From the IMG/VR virus record IMGVR_UViG_3300028033_000029: DNA of 20,000 nucleotides, one strand, 5' to 3'. Numbering within the stretch: the first letter of the stretch is position 1; the number at the start of each line of letters is the position of its first letter. The notes beneath the pieces are model-generated. The model saw nothing but the letters and a program-made list of their open reading frames with translations, was not told where the DNA came from and did no database searches. This DNA comes from an uncultured virus (IMG/VR IMGVR_UViG_3300028033_000029). Taxonomy: Duplodnaviria; Heunggongvirae; Uroviricota; Caudoviricetes. Shown here in pieces: positions 1 to 8,495 of this stretch. The position numbers were made by a program, and so were the translations under genes.

Positions 1-438
1 AAAGGTGATACATTATATGAAAAATTGAAGTGTGTGCCAGAAATTGTAGGAAATACAAATTTAGAAGCTGCATTAAAATTAATTTTAGGTACTGCTATTA
101 AGCATAAATTAACACAAGAAGATATACCAAAATCATTAATCATTATATCAGATATGCAATTTGATGATGCTACTGAGGATTATGGTAAAATGACATTTTA
201 CGATACAATGAAAGAAATATATAACAGAGCAGGATATGAAATACCAAATATAGTATTTTGGCAAGTAGATAGTAGAAGAGATTCATTCCAAGTCACATCA
301 GAATATAAAGGAGTACAATTAGCAAGTGGACAATCGCCAAGCGTATTTAAATCGATACTTAATACAATAGGGAAAACCCCATATGAAGCAATGTTAGAAA
401 TATTGAATAATCCAAGATATGATTATGTGGTAGTCTAA
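1..438 (+). CDS. DUF2828-like / vWA (TROVE/Ro60-related) protein, C-terminal part; 5' end lies outside the window
   Basis: Frame is open from base 1. Motifs 'NTNLEAA', 'LIIISDMQFD', 'PNIVFWQV' and 'ASGQSPSVFK' resemble the vWA C-terminus of DUF2828/TROVE-type proteins. Confidence 0.7.
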   Translation, partial: KGDTLYEKLKCVPEIVGNTNLEAALKLILGTAIKHKLTQEDIPKSLIIISDMQFDDATEDYGKMTFYDTMKEIYNRAGYEIPNIVFWQVDSRRDSFQVTSEYKGVQLASGQSPSVFKSILNTIGKTPYEAMLEILNNPRYDYVVV

Positions 439-445
439 GTTGTAA

Positions 446-505
446 AAGGCGCTCACAGCAACTACTCAGGGGTTCTTGAAAAACCTTGTTGAGCGCCTTG
501 TTTTT
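446..505 (+). other. Structured RNA hairpin or intrinsic terminator
   Basis: Perfect 10-bp inverted repeat AAGGCGCTCA (446-455) / TGAGCGCCTT (490-499), imperfect inner stem 467-474/482-488, followed by GTTTTT. Confidence 0.6.
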
Positions 506-565
506 ATAATATTTTTCAAAGGTAATGTATTATATAAGAAAAGAACACAATTGGAGGTATGTGTT

Positions 566-862
566 ATGGATTATATTATAGAAATCCATATAAATAATCA
601 CAACAAGACAGATTATCAGGTTAGAGTATTTAAAACAGAGAGTTTTAATAGATATGTTGAAAGGATAAAAAATGGCGAAAGTTTTATTGTGTACGATATT
701 TTTGGTAATCGTGGAGGAGTTACATTACCAAAATTGTATAGTAATTTTAAAATTTTAAGAGAAGATGAAGATAATTTTGTATTTACAATGACAATATTCA
801 CAACGCGTGGTAATTTTGAAAGAACAGTTTATTTAAGCAAAGTATATAGTGAAAAAGATTAA
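566..862 (+). CDS. Hypothetical protein (~98 aa)
   Basis: ORF 476..862; start moved to ATG 566 because of SD GGAGGT at 553-558. No recognisable motif. Confidence 0.65.
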   Translation: MDYIIEIHINNHNKTDYQVRVFKTESFNRYVERIKNGESFIVYDIFGNRGGVTLPKLYSNFKILREDEDNFVFTMTIFTTRGNFERTVYLSKVYSEKD

Positions 863-890
863 ATAAAAAAATGAGAGAGGTGTTAAAATA

Positions 891-1349
891 ATGATGATAA
901 CAAAAGAAATATTAGAAAAATTAAGGAAAGAACAATTTGAATATATGAGAGCTAAATATCCAATGGGTGATTTACCTAAATCTATGTTTATTGGTGGAAA
1001 ATTTAATTTTAATAATTGGAATGGTGCAGATGACTTAATTAGATGTTATTTTTATGATGTTGAGATGTCTGATAAGTGGCAAATAGGGTATGAATTAAGA
1101 GATGGTTATTTGATTGTGAATTTATTTTATCATTGGGATCAAGCTTTTGCTATTGTAATTCATTATTGGCTTAATAATTCAGAAGAAATGTTTGAGGAAA
1201 TACATGATATATACTATTTTTCATGGTATAAGCATCATGGACATACAGATATAGCTATTAAAAATGGGCATATCATGACGGAGGATGAATATATTGAATT
1301 GCTTAATTTGATAGAAAAAACTGGTTATGAGTTTTGGATAGGTAAATAA
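891..1349 (+). CDS. Hypothetical phage protein (152 aa)
   Basis: ORF with SD GAGGTG; aromatic-rich, 'YYFSWYKHHGHTD' segment. Confidence 0.7.
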   Translation: MMITKEILEKLRKEQFEYMRAKYPMGDLPKSMFIGGKFNFNNWNGADDLIRCYFYDVEMSDKWQIGYELRDGYLIVNLFYHWDQAFAIVIHYWLNNSEEMFEEIHDIYYFSWYKHHGHTDIAIKNGHIMTEDEYIELLNLIEKTGYEFWIGK

Positions 1350-1362
1350 GGAGGAATGAAGG

Positions 1363-1668
1363 ATGACAAAAATAGAGGAATATTTGATTAAAAAGAAGGC
1401 AAAAGAACAATTAGAAGCGTTTGCTAAATATAGGGGTAATGATGCATATAATATAGGTATTAATATAATTCAGGAATCCCCCGACAAATATTATTTACAA
1501 ATTAATACTAATGGTATTGCATTCAATAAAGAAGCTATTAGACGTTTTGGAACGAAAATATTTAATGAATTAGGTAATATTGCTATAAAAGCAGCGAGAG
1601 ATTTAGAGGTAGAATTAAATGAAATGAAGGAAGAAGTTAGAATAGAACTAAAAGAAATTCTTAGATAA
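1363..1668 (+). CDS. Hypothetical protein (101 aa)
   Basis: ORF with SD AAGGAGG, tightly packed with neighbours. Confidence 0.7.
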   Translation: MTKIEEYLIKKKAKEQLEAFAKYRGNDAYNIGINIIQESPDKYYLQINTNGIAFNKEAIRRFGTKIFNELGNIAIKAARDLEVELNEMKEEVRIELKEILR

Positions 1669-1706
1669 GAAAATATCTAAAAGGTACAAAGTGTGGAGGT
1701 GTATGA

Positions 1707-1868
1707 ATGTTAAAACTTGATTGGTATGATAAAATGTTGTTGTTAATGCTTTTAGAAGAAAAAATACATAGGTTAGAGGAAGAGAAGCGTCGATTAATAC
1801 TAAAATTAGAGTATTTTAGAGGAACTCTATCAGAAAGTCTTTTAACAAAAAATATCTTGACAAACTAA
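1707..1868 (+). CDS. Small hypothetical protein (53 aa, MLKLDWYDKMLLLMLLEEKIHRLEEEKRR...)
   Basis: SD GGAGGT at 1695-1700, ATG 1707, TAA 1866-1868; below the ORF-track cutoff, translated by hand. Confidence 0.55.
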   Translation: MLKLDWYDKMLLLMLLEEKIHRLEEEKRRLILKLEYFRGTLSESLLTKNILTN

Positions 1869-1884
1869 GAAAATATGCTATAAT
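1857..1884 (+). promoter_or_regulatory. Consensus sigma-A promoter with extended -10
   Basis: TTGACA (1857-1862), 16 nt, TATAAT (1879-1884) with a TGn extension and an A-rich UP region. Confidence 0.85.
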
Positions 1885-1979
1885 ATTTATCGAGGAGGTG
1901 ATATGAGGCAGTAATAAAGTGGTAAACTTAAATGATAATAGTAAACAATATAAATAATGATTAAGGAGGAGATTGTACT

Positions 1980-2780
1980 ATAGCGGAACAAAGATTATAT
2001 AAACATTTAGAAGAATTAGTTTATAATAATAATCCAACAATTATTTGTAATTGGGCTACAGGTTTAGGACGAACATATGGAGTTGCGCAAAAGATAATAA
2101 AAAATAGACTATCAAATGTTTTATATGTGAGTTTTGATTCAAAAATAGACTATTTAGCAAATAAAATATCTGTAATAGTTAAAGACAAAGATTTCCCAGA
2201 TAGAGATAATGTTTTTCTACGAATATCTAAAGAATATATAATTATTGAATATCGAGACAATGAGCATACAAAAACCCAAATTTTTAATGCTGAAACATTG
2301 AGAAGCAGAGATTATGTTTCTGATTGTTTTGATTTAATAATCTTTGATGGGGTATTGCCTTTTAATATTGGTTATAAAGCAAAACAGATGGTATCAATGA
2401 TTAGTGTTAATAATTATGATAAAAAATTGCAAAGATTGTACCCAATGGCTGATATTATCGAGTATGATTATAGATATGGTGTCGAACAAGGTATTTTAGA
2501 TGAAAACACAATTAAAAAAATAGAAGATGAATCTTATTATTATGATAAGTTTGCTATTTTAGATAAACCTGAAAGCAAATTAATAAATAATAATTATAAT
2601 GATAGATATCACGAAGTTGCTGATACTTATATAGTTACAGATCGAAACAAATTTTTGGTACAAACATTAGCAAAACTTTATACTGAATATGATAAAATTT
2701 TCCCAAGTGAAGGGACATTATCGTATAGATTGACTTTGTTAAATATGATTTTTCGAATTAAAAAAGCTTTGGAAAGTTAA
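1980..2780 (+). CDS. Hypothetical protein with a degenerate SF2-helicase-like N-terminus (~266 aa, probable ATA start)
   Basis: ORF 2127..2780 extends in frame to ATA 1980 behind SD AAGGAGGAG (in-frame stop at 1962-1964). The extension contains 'ATGLGRT' (Walker A-like); 'DLIIFDG' (DExD-like) follows. Confidence 0.55.
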   Translation: MAEQRLYKHLEELVYNNNPTIICNWATGLGRTYGVAQKIIKNRLSNVLYVSFDSKIDYLANKISVIVKDKDFPDRDNVFLRISKEYIIIEYRDNEHTKTQIFNAETLRSRDYVSDCFDLIIFDGVLPFNIGYKAKQMVSMISVNNYDKKLQRLYPMADIIEYDYRYGVEQGILDENTIKKIEDESYYYDKFAILDKPESKLINNNYNDRYHEVADTYIVTDRNKFLVQTLAKLYTEYDKIFPSEGTLSYRLTLLNMIFRIKKALES

Positions 2781-2794
2781 GCTACAAATAATTC

Positions 2795-2814
2795 AATAAA
2801 AGAGTAGTTTTATT
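2795..2814. repeat. Intergenic palindrome AATAAAA-N6-TTTTATT, perfect copy
   Basis: AATAAAA gagtag TTTTATT, just after a stop codon. Confidence 0.6.
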
Positions 2815-2858
2815 TAATAAGTACAAATTATAATAATAATGGTATAGGAGGTGGTAGC

Positions 2859-3053
2859 GTGGTATTAACAAAACATCAAATAGAAACATTCTCTATAGAG
2901 GAAGATACATACAGTGCATATATAAAACCTAATGATTATTTTTTAGAAATGTCAGATGATGTAGCGGTATCTTCCTTAATAAAAATTCGCATTAAAGATA
3001 TTGAAACTTATATTAAAAGAGATGATTTGCGAGTAATTTTAAATAATTTATAA
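2859..3053 (+). CDS. Hypothetical protein (64 aa)
   Basis: SD AGGAGGT, GTG start. Confidence 0.6.
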   Translation: MVLTKHQIETFSIEEDTYSAYIKPNDYFLEMSDDVAVSSLIKIRIKDIETYIKRDDLRVILNNL

Positions 3054-3067
3054 GGAGGTAATTTTTA

Positions 3068-4045
3068 GTGGGAATTAAAAAAGCAAGTGCAGTAAGAAAA
3101 AAGCCGTTAAAAATTTTATTGTTTGGAGACGCAGGCACAGGCAAAACTCATTTTTCGCTTCAAGCAACTCCTGGTAAAACATTAGTGTTTGATACTGAAA
3201 ATGGTACGGATTTATTTGAAGGTAGGAAGGGATTTGAGTTTGATTACTGGGTAGATGATGAAGGATTAAAAACTGCAAGCATTAAAGAGCTTAATAAAGC
3301 TATCGATTATTTAGAGACACCAGAAGGGCGTGAACAGTATGAAACATTTGTGGTAGATAATATATCGGATATTTGGGATAATATTCAAGCACAGAGGTTG
3401 GAATACAAAGATAATTTAGCGATAAAAAGAGGTAAAGCAATAGAGGATAGAAACGAAACAGAGATTGAAGCATTCAATATGAAAGATTGGGCAGACATGA
3501 AGAAAATTTATAAAAATATGATGTTAAGATTAAAAAATTTACCACAGAATATTATATTGATAGCAAGAGAAAAAGAAATATCAGAAACTAAACCAGATGG
3601 TAGCGTGGTTAAAACTGGTGAATACATATTTGATGCAGAAAAAGGGACAAAGTATGCTGTAGATTTTATAATTAGGTTAGTTTTCGACGAAAAAACCAAC
3701 AAAAGATATGCAGTCATAATAAAAAGCAGAAGTGATGTATTAAAGAAAAATGAAGTGGTAGAAAATCCAACATTTGCCTTATTTGATAAGGTTGTTAATT
3801 CAATGAAAGATGGGGTAGAAGCTGACAGGTTAAGCATTAAAGAAGAAAATATTTTTGACGAAGAAGAAGAACTAAAAGATGTTTTGCAAGAAATTCATGA
3901 ATTAGCAACTACTATAGCAAAAGTAAATAGAGAAGCTGTGATAGAAGCCATTAAAAAACATCACAGCAGTGCCAACTATAATAGCATTAAAGACATAGAA
4001 GTAGCAAGAAAAGTTTTAGAAGAATTACAAAGTATTAATATTTAG
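3068..4045 (+). CDS. AAA_24-family P-loop ATPase (Sak4-like phage recombination protein)
   Basis: Walker A 'GDAGTGKT', 'LVFDTENG', 'FVVDNISDIW', 'ILIAREK'; lies directly upstream of ssb, the usual sak4-ssb arrangement. Confidence 0.8.
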   Translation: MGIKKASAVRKKPLKILLFGDAGTGKTHFSLQATPGKTLVFDTENGTDLFEGRKGFEFDYWVDDEGLKTASIKELNKAIDYLETPEGREQYETFVVDNISDIWDNIQAQRLEYKDNLAIKRGKAIEDRNETEIEAFNMKDWADMKKIYKNMMLRLKNLPQNIILIAREKEISETKPDGSVVKTGEYIFDAEKGTKYAVDFIIRLVFDEKTNKRYAVIIKSRSDVLKKNEVVENPTFALFDKVVNSMKDGVEADRLSIKEENIFDEEEELKDVLQEIHELATTIAKVNREAVIEAIKKHHSSANYNSIKDIEVARKVLEELQSINI

Positions 4046-4057
4046 GAGGTAATTTTA

Positions 4058-4468
4058 TTGAGTATAAGAAATCATGTAATTTTGATAGGACGTACAACTA
4101 GAGAACCAATTTTAAAGAAATTGCCATCTGGAACATCAGTTATAAATTTTACATTAGCAGTTAGTAGCAACAGAAAAGATAATAAAGGCAATTATCTTAC
4201 TGATTTTATACCTGTTGTAGCTTGGGGTAAAACGGCTGAATTTATAGATAAATATGTCCCCAAAGGAACTAAAATAGTTGTTATGGGGAGTTTACAAACA
4301 AGAACTTGGGTAGACCAGTCGGGCAAAAAACACTTTGCAATGGAAGTTTTAGCTGACAATATAGAGTTTGCAGATGGAAAAAAGGATAATAATCCTAAGA
4401 ATAATGTAAATAATAATGATTTTGGTGATTATCCTTTTACTTCTGATGGAGAGGATTTGCCATTTTAA
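4058..4468 (+). CDS. ssb: Single-stranded DNA-binding protein
   Basis: 'NHVILIGR', 'FTLAV', 'TDFIPVVAWGKTAE', 'GSLQTRTW' and an acidic C-terminal tail ending 'EDLPF'. Confidence 0.97.
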   Translation: MSIRNHVILIGRTTREPILKKLPSGTSVINFTLAVSSNRKDNKGNYLTDFIPVVAWGKTAEFIDKYVPKGTKIVVMGSLQTRTWVDQSGKKHFAMEVLADNIEFADGKKDNNPKNNVNNNDFGDYPFTSDGEDLPF

Positions 4469-4473
4469 GATTA

Positions 4474-4497
4474 GGATAGGGGGTAATACCCCTATCT
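4474..4497 (+). other. Stem-loop after ssb (no U-tract; mRNA stabiliser or processing site rather than a clear terminator)
   Basis: GATAGGGG (4475-4482) / CCCCTATC (4489-4496), loop GTAATA. Confidence 0.5.
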
Positions 4498-4525
4498 CAA
4501 AATAAAAATTTAAGGAGGAGGAATA

Positions 4526-4810
4526 ATGGTTATTAAAGATGATTCATTAGAAAAAGAGTTAATGCAAGAAGTGCGGAAAATTATACTCGAATCATTGAAG
4601 GACTCTTATGTTATAGAATACACACAAGGCAATATAAGAAGTTTAGAAGAAGTTTTTGAAATAAAACAAAAGCAAGTAAAAGAATTACAAGGATTAGTGC
4701 ATAAATTAGTTGATGAAAACAATAAACTTACACAACAAATAAAGGAATCACAAGAAAAAATCAATACATATAAAAATATTATTAAGATTCTTTTAGGAAA
4801 CGATAGTTAA
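4526..4810 (+). CDS. Hypothetical coiled-coil protein (94 aa)
   Basis: SD AAGGAGGAGG; heptad-like E/K/Q-rich C-terminal half. Confidence 0.7.
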   Translation: MVIKDDSLEKELMQEVRKIILESLKDSYVIEYTQGNIRSLEEVFEIKQKQVKELQGLVHKLVDENNKLTQQIKESQEKINTYKNIIKILLGNDS

Positions 4811-4824
4811 AGGGAGAGATATTA

Positions 4825-5130
4825 ATGGATGAGAAAGTAAAACTAAAAAACGCATGGGGATTGATTAATAAATTAGCTGATGAGTTTACAAAAGAAAGAT
4901 TTGAATTAGATGATATTTTATATGATATTTCTGTTAAAATTTTTGAGTATAGAATAAACAATGATTTAACTGTAGAACAGCTTGCTGAAAAGTTAGGAAT
5001 TACTCCAGAGCAAATAAAAGATTTAGAAAGTGGATTATATGATTTTAGCATTAGTGAGTTGTGGTGGATAGCTAAAAAACTTAGGTGGAACTTAGAAATA
5101 AAGTTTTTAGATAGTTGGATAGAGCTGTAA
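4825..5130 (+). CDS. XRE-family helix-turn-helix protein
   Basis: 'YRINNDLTVEQLAEKLGITPEQIKDLESG...SISELWWIAKKL' matches the HTH_3 pattern. Confidence 0.85.
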   Translation: MDEKVKLKNAWGLINKLADEFTKERFELDDILYDISVKIFEYRINNDLTVEQLAEKLGITPEQIKDLESGLYDFSISELWWIAKKLRWNLEIKFLDSWIEL

Positions 5131-5145
5131 TTTTTTGGAGGGGTA

Positions 5146-5442
5146 GTGATGTTAAATCTAATACAAGCAATAAAAGAAATACAAGAAAAGATAGATAAAT
5201 TGATTGACGAAAAAGATGAAAAAATTAAAGAAATTACCCAAAAATATGAAGAAGAAATACAGAAATATAATAATGCTTTATCAATTATTCGAGAATTAAA
5301 TGAGGCTTGTGAGTATTGCGAAGGAAAAGGGAAGGTTTATGTAAAAGATGATTCTTCAGATCCTTATAATCGAGCTGAGTTAATGGATTGTCCAGTTTGT
5401 TTGGGGACAGGTAAAAAGCCACTAAAAATAATGGAGGAATAA
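5146..5442 (+). CDS. Coiled-coil protein with a DnaJ-type zinc finger
   Basis: Two CxxCxGxG motifs (CEYCEGKG, CPVCLGTG). Confidence 0.75.
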   Translation: MMLNLIQAIKEIQEKIDKLIDEKDEKIKEITQKYEEEIQKYNNALSIIRELNEACEYCEGKGKVYVKDDSSDPYNRAELMDCPVCLGTGKKPLKIMEE

Positions 5443-5444
5443 AT

Positions 5445-5693
5445 ATGGACAAAAGTCAATTAAGGAGGATTTTATATCAGAAAGGTTGTACTATTGATGA
5501 AGTAGAATCAATAATAAAATCAGTGTTACCTGAAGCAATATTAATGCAAGTAGAATTTGTAACTGGTATTGTGTGGCAATGTTCAAATTGTCATAGAACT
5601 TTTGTGTTATCTAATCCACAATTGGAGGGTTATAATTATTGCCCTGTTTGTGGTGCACGGTTTGTAGAATATGCCTACTTGGAGGATGAGTAA
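5445..5693 (+). CDS. Zinc-ribbon protein (82 aa)
   Basis: CSNC...YCPVCGA. Confidence 0.7.
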   Translation: MDKSQLRRILYQKGCTIDEVESIIKSVLPEAILMQVEFVTGIVWQCSNCHRTFVLSNPQLEGYNYCPVCGARFVEYAYLEDE

Positions 5694-6172
5694 TGATGCG
5701 TGAGATAAAATTTAGAGTGTGGGATAAAAAAATAAAACAAATGTTTTGCGGGTGTGAATTAGATAGACCTAATATGATAGATTTACAAGGTAATGTATAT
5801 ATTACTGGAAATACTGGTGAATTATGTAATTGTGGATGTTCTGCACAGTACATTAATCTAACCAAAGAGGTTGAACTTATGCAATACACAGGGATACGAG
5901 ATAAAAACGGAAAAGAAATTTACGAGGCAGATATTGTAAAAGTTGTAACGGATAAGAAGGGTGTAATTGGGGAAGTTGTTTATATCCCAGAAGAAACTGC
6001 TTTTTGTGTAAAAGCGAAAGGATTTGAAATATTTCCTTTAGGATTTTTAAATAATTGGTTTGAGATTGAGGTATTAGGTAATATTTATGAAAATCCTGAA
6101 TTATTGGAGGAGGGAGGAGGTATTCTATGCAAAACAAATTGCCATATGATACATCAGCCGAAGCAGGTATAA
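5693..6172 (+). CDS. yopX: YopX-family phage protein
   Basis: 'MREIKFRVWDK', 'LMQYTGIRDKNGKEIYEADIV', 'EVLGNIYENPELLE'. Confidence 0.92.
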   Translation: MMREIKFRVWDKKIKQMFCGCELDRPNMIDLQGNVYITGNTGELCNCGCSAQYINLTKEVELMQYTGIRDKNGKEIYEADIVKVVTDKKGVIGEVVYIPEETAFCVKAKGFEIFPLGFLNNWFEIEVLGNIYENPELLEEGGGILCKTNCHMIHQPKQV

Positions 6173-7467
6173 TAGCAACACTTTTGCAACATCCTGATTT
6201 TATTTTACATAGTGATTATTTGTCTGCATCGCATTTTTACCATAAAGACAATGGGGCCTTTTATTGGGCTATTCAGGAATTATACAAAAGTGGTGTAACT
6301 AAGATAGACTCGTTTAATTTACTTACACAGATTAATAGTCATAATGGAATTAAAAATTTAATAAGCAGGTATAATATTGAGTCAATAGATGACTATATAG
6401 AAAAATCAAAAAATATTGCGAGACATACAGTAGAAGAATATAAAAAATTAGTAGAAATAGTTGTAGCATTAGCTTTTAAAAGAGAACTCCATAAAAAGTT
6501 AATGGAAATTGATGATGTGTGTTTAGATGAAAATAATAATGATATTGCAAAATTAAGTAATTTTGCATACAATTCTTTAGATGAAGTTATTACTCAATTT
6601 ATTACTGCGGAAACAATTGTGCTTTTTGGTGATATAGTAGATGAATTATGGAAAGAAATTGTAGAAAGGAGAAATCCTAACGGTATGTATGGAATACCAT
6701 CGAAATATTCATCAATAAATAAGTATTTTACTTATGAGCCTGGTGAATTAGTTTTATTCCAAGCAAGAATGAAGCGTGGCAAGTCTGCGTTTATGATGAA
6801 TGAAGCTATACATAAATTACAAAATGGAATACCAGTTGCTTATTTTGATACTGAAATGCAGTCGAGATTATTTTTTGAGAGAATGTTAGCTTATCTTACT
6901 AAAATCCCAGTGCAAAAAATTAAATCAGGCAATTATACTACAAGTGAGGAGCAACAAATAGAAGAAGCTAAAAAATGGTTAAAGAAACAAAAATTTGTAC
7001 ATATATATAACCCTGAATGGACAAATGATAAAATTCTTATTACTGCAAAAATTCTTAAACATAAAATCAATTTAGGATTTTTGGTATTTGATTATATAAA
7101 AAGCAACACTAAATCTTCAAGCGAACAGTATAATGAATTAGGGGCAAAAGCTGATTTTTTAAAAAATAATGTAGCAGGTGCTCTTAATATTCCTGTGTTA
7201 GCGGGAGCACAACTAAACAGACAAGGACAAACAGCAGATAGTGATAAATTGGAAAGATATTGTAGTGTAAGTGTAATCTGGCGAGAAAAAACAAAAGATG
7301 AAATACTTACAGATGGAGAAAATTGTGGCAACTACGCCTTAAACGTAAAATTAAATAGATTAGGCGAACAAATGCAAGAAGATGACTATATAGATTTCAG
7401 GTTTGATGGTAGTATAATGACTATCGAGGAGGCAGAGCAGCATTCTAAAGAATTGCCTTTCAACTGA
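6127..7467 (+). CDS. dnaB: Replicative DnaB-like helicase
   Basis: N-terminal 'LPYDTSAEAGII', Walker A 'ARMKRGKS', 'YFDTEM', Walker B 'LVFDYI', 'AQLNR', 'KLNRLGE'. Confidence 0.92.
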   Translation: MQNKLPYDTSAEAGIIATLLQHPDFILHSDYLSASHFYHKDNGAFYWAIQELYKSGVTKIDSFNLLTQINSHNGIKNLISRYNIESIDDYIEKSKNIARHTVEEYKKLVEIVVALAFKRELHKKLMEIDDVCLDENNNDIAKLSNFAYNSLDEVITQFITAETIVLFGDIVDELWKEIVERRNPNGMYGIPSKYSSINKYFTYEPGELVLFQARMKRGKSAFMMNEAIHKLQNGIPVAYFDTEMQSRLFFERMLAYLTKIPVQKIKSGNYTTSEEQQIEEAKKWLKKQKFVHIYNPEWTNDKILITAKILKHKINLGFLVFDYIKSNTKSSSEQYNELGAKADFLKNNVAGALNIPVLAGAQLNRQGQTADSDKLERYCSVSVIWREKTKDEILTDGENCGNYALNVKLNRLGEQMQEDDYIDFRFDGSIMTIEEAEQHSKELPFN

Positions 7468-7472
7468 TTGGG

Positions 7473-8495
7473 GTGAGGCATTTGCAAGAGATTGTAAGGC
7501 TAATCAAAGAAAGGTTGTTTAATAATCCTATTTTGATTAAAGGTATTTTAGAAAAATTAGGTTTTCATAAAATAAGAGAATTAAATAACGAAATAAGAGC
7601 AGCCTTACCTGATGGTAATAATTGGACAAGTACAGTAGTGAAACTTAATGAAAATCTTTCAACATATATATATTCAAGAAATGACTATGATGGGACAGAT
7701 ATTATATCATTAGTGCAATACATAAAAAAAATGAATTTTCGTCAAGCTATTGAATGGTTATGTTTAGAATTAGGTATAGATTACAATAATAATGATATTG
7801 AAATAAAGCTTGAAAGTAGTTCATACAAGATTTTTAAAATGTTTGAAAAGAGGGGAGGTGAAAATATTATCCATGAAATATTAGATGAAGAAATATTAAA
7901 ACAATATGAAGATAGGATTACACAAGAATGGCTTGATGAAGGGATTTCTGAAGAAACACAGTGTAAGTTTGAGGTTAAATTTGACTCTAAAACTAATAGA
8001 ATAGTGTTCCCTATTAGAGATGAAAACGGCAATCTAATTAATATTAAAGGAAGAACTTGTTTCAGTAATTATAAGGAATTAGGTATACCTAAGTATATTT
8101 ATTATTATAAGTTGGGTACTAATGATATATTGTATGGATTGTATCAAAACAGAAATAGTATTCAAGATATATTAATAATTGTAGAAGGCGAAAAATCCGT
8201 TATGAAATTTGATAGTTTAGGAATCAACAATGTAGTAGCAGTTGGTACGCATACTATTAACAAATACCAATTAGATAAAATTTTGGCTTTAAAATGCAGA
8301 GAGGTAGTTATTGCATTTGATAAGGATGTACAATACAAAGAATTAATTGAAGAAGCTAAAAAGCTTAATAGGTACGTTAACGTAAGTATTATATATGATA
8401 CTAATAATTATTTAAATGAAAAAGATGCGCCAATCGATCAAGGAATTTTAGTATGGGAAGAATTATTTGAGAGGAGAGTTAGAATTGGAAATTAA
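7473..8495 (+). CDS. dnaG: DnaG-like DNA primase (TOPRIM)
   Basis: 'DIISLVQ..NFRQAIEWL', 'RIVFPIRDENGNLINIKGR', 'PKY', 'LYGL', 'IVEGEKS', 'IAFDKD'; adjacent to the helicase. Confidence 0.9.
   Translation: MRHLQEIVRLIKERLFNNPILIKGILEKLGFHKIRELNNEIRAALPDGNNWTSTVVKLNENLSTYIYSRNDYDGTDIISLVQYIKKMNFRQAIEWLCLELGIDYNNNDIEIKLESSSYKIFKMFEKRGGENIIHEILDEEILKQYEDRITQEWLDEGISEETQCKFEVKFDSKTNRIVFPIRDENGNLINIKGRTCFSNYKELGIPKYIYYYKLGTNDILYGLYQNRNSIQDILIIVEGEKSVMKFDSLGINNVVAVGTHTINKYQLDKILALKCREVVIAFDKDVQYKELIEEAKKLNRYVNVSIIYDTNNYLNEKDAPIDQGILVWEELFERRVRIGN

Noticed and set aside
476..565. N-terminal extension of ORF 476..862
   Set aside because: Overlaps the hairpin and lacks an SD; ATG 566 has a good SD.
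4474..4497. ATAGGGG/CCCCTAT hairpin as a CRISPR repeat relic or second anti-repeat
   Set aside because: Only a 7-nt match to the repeat core; explained as a local stem-loop.
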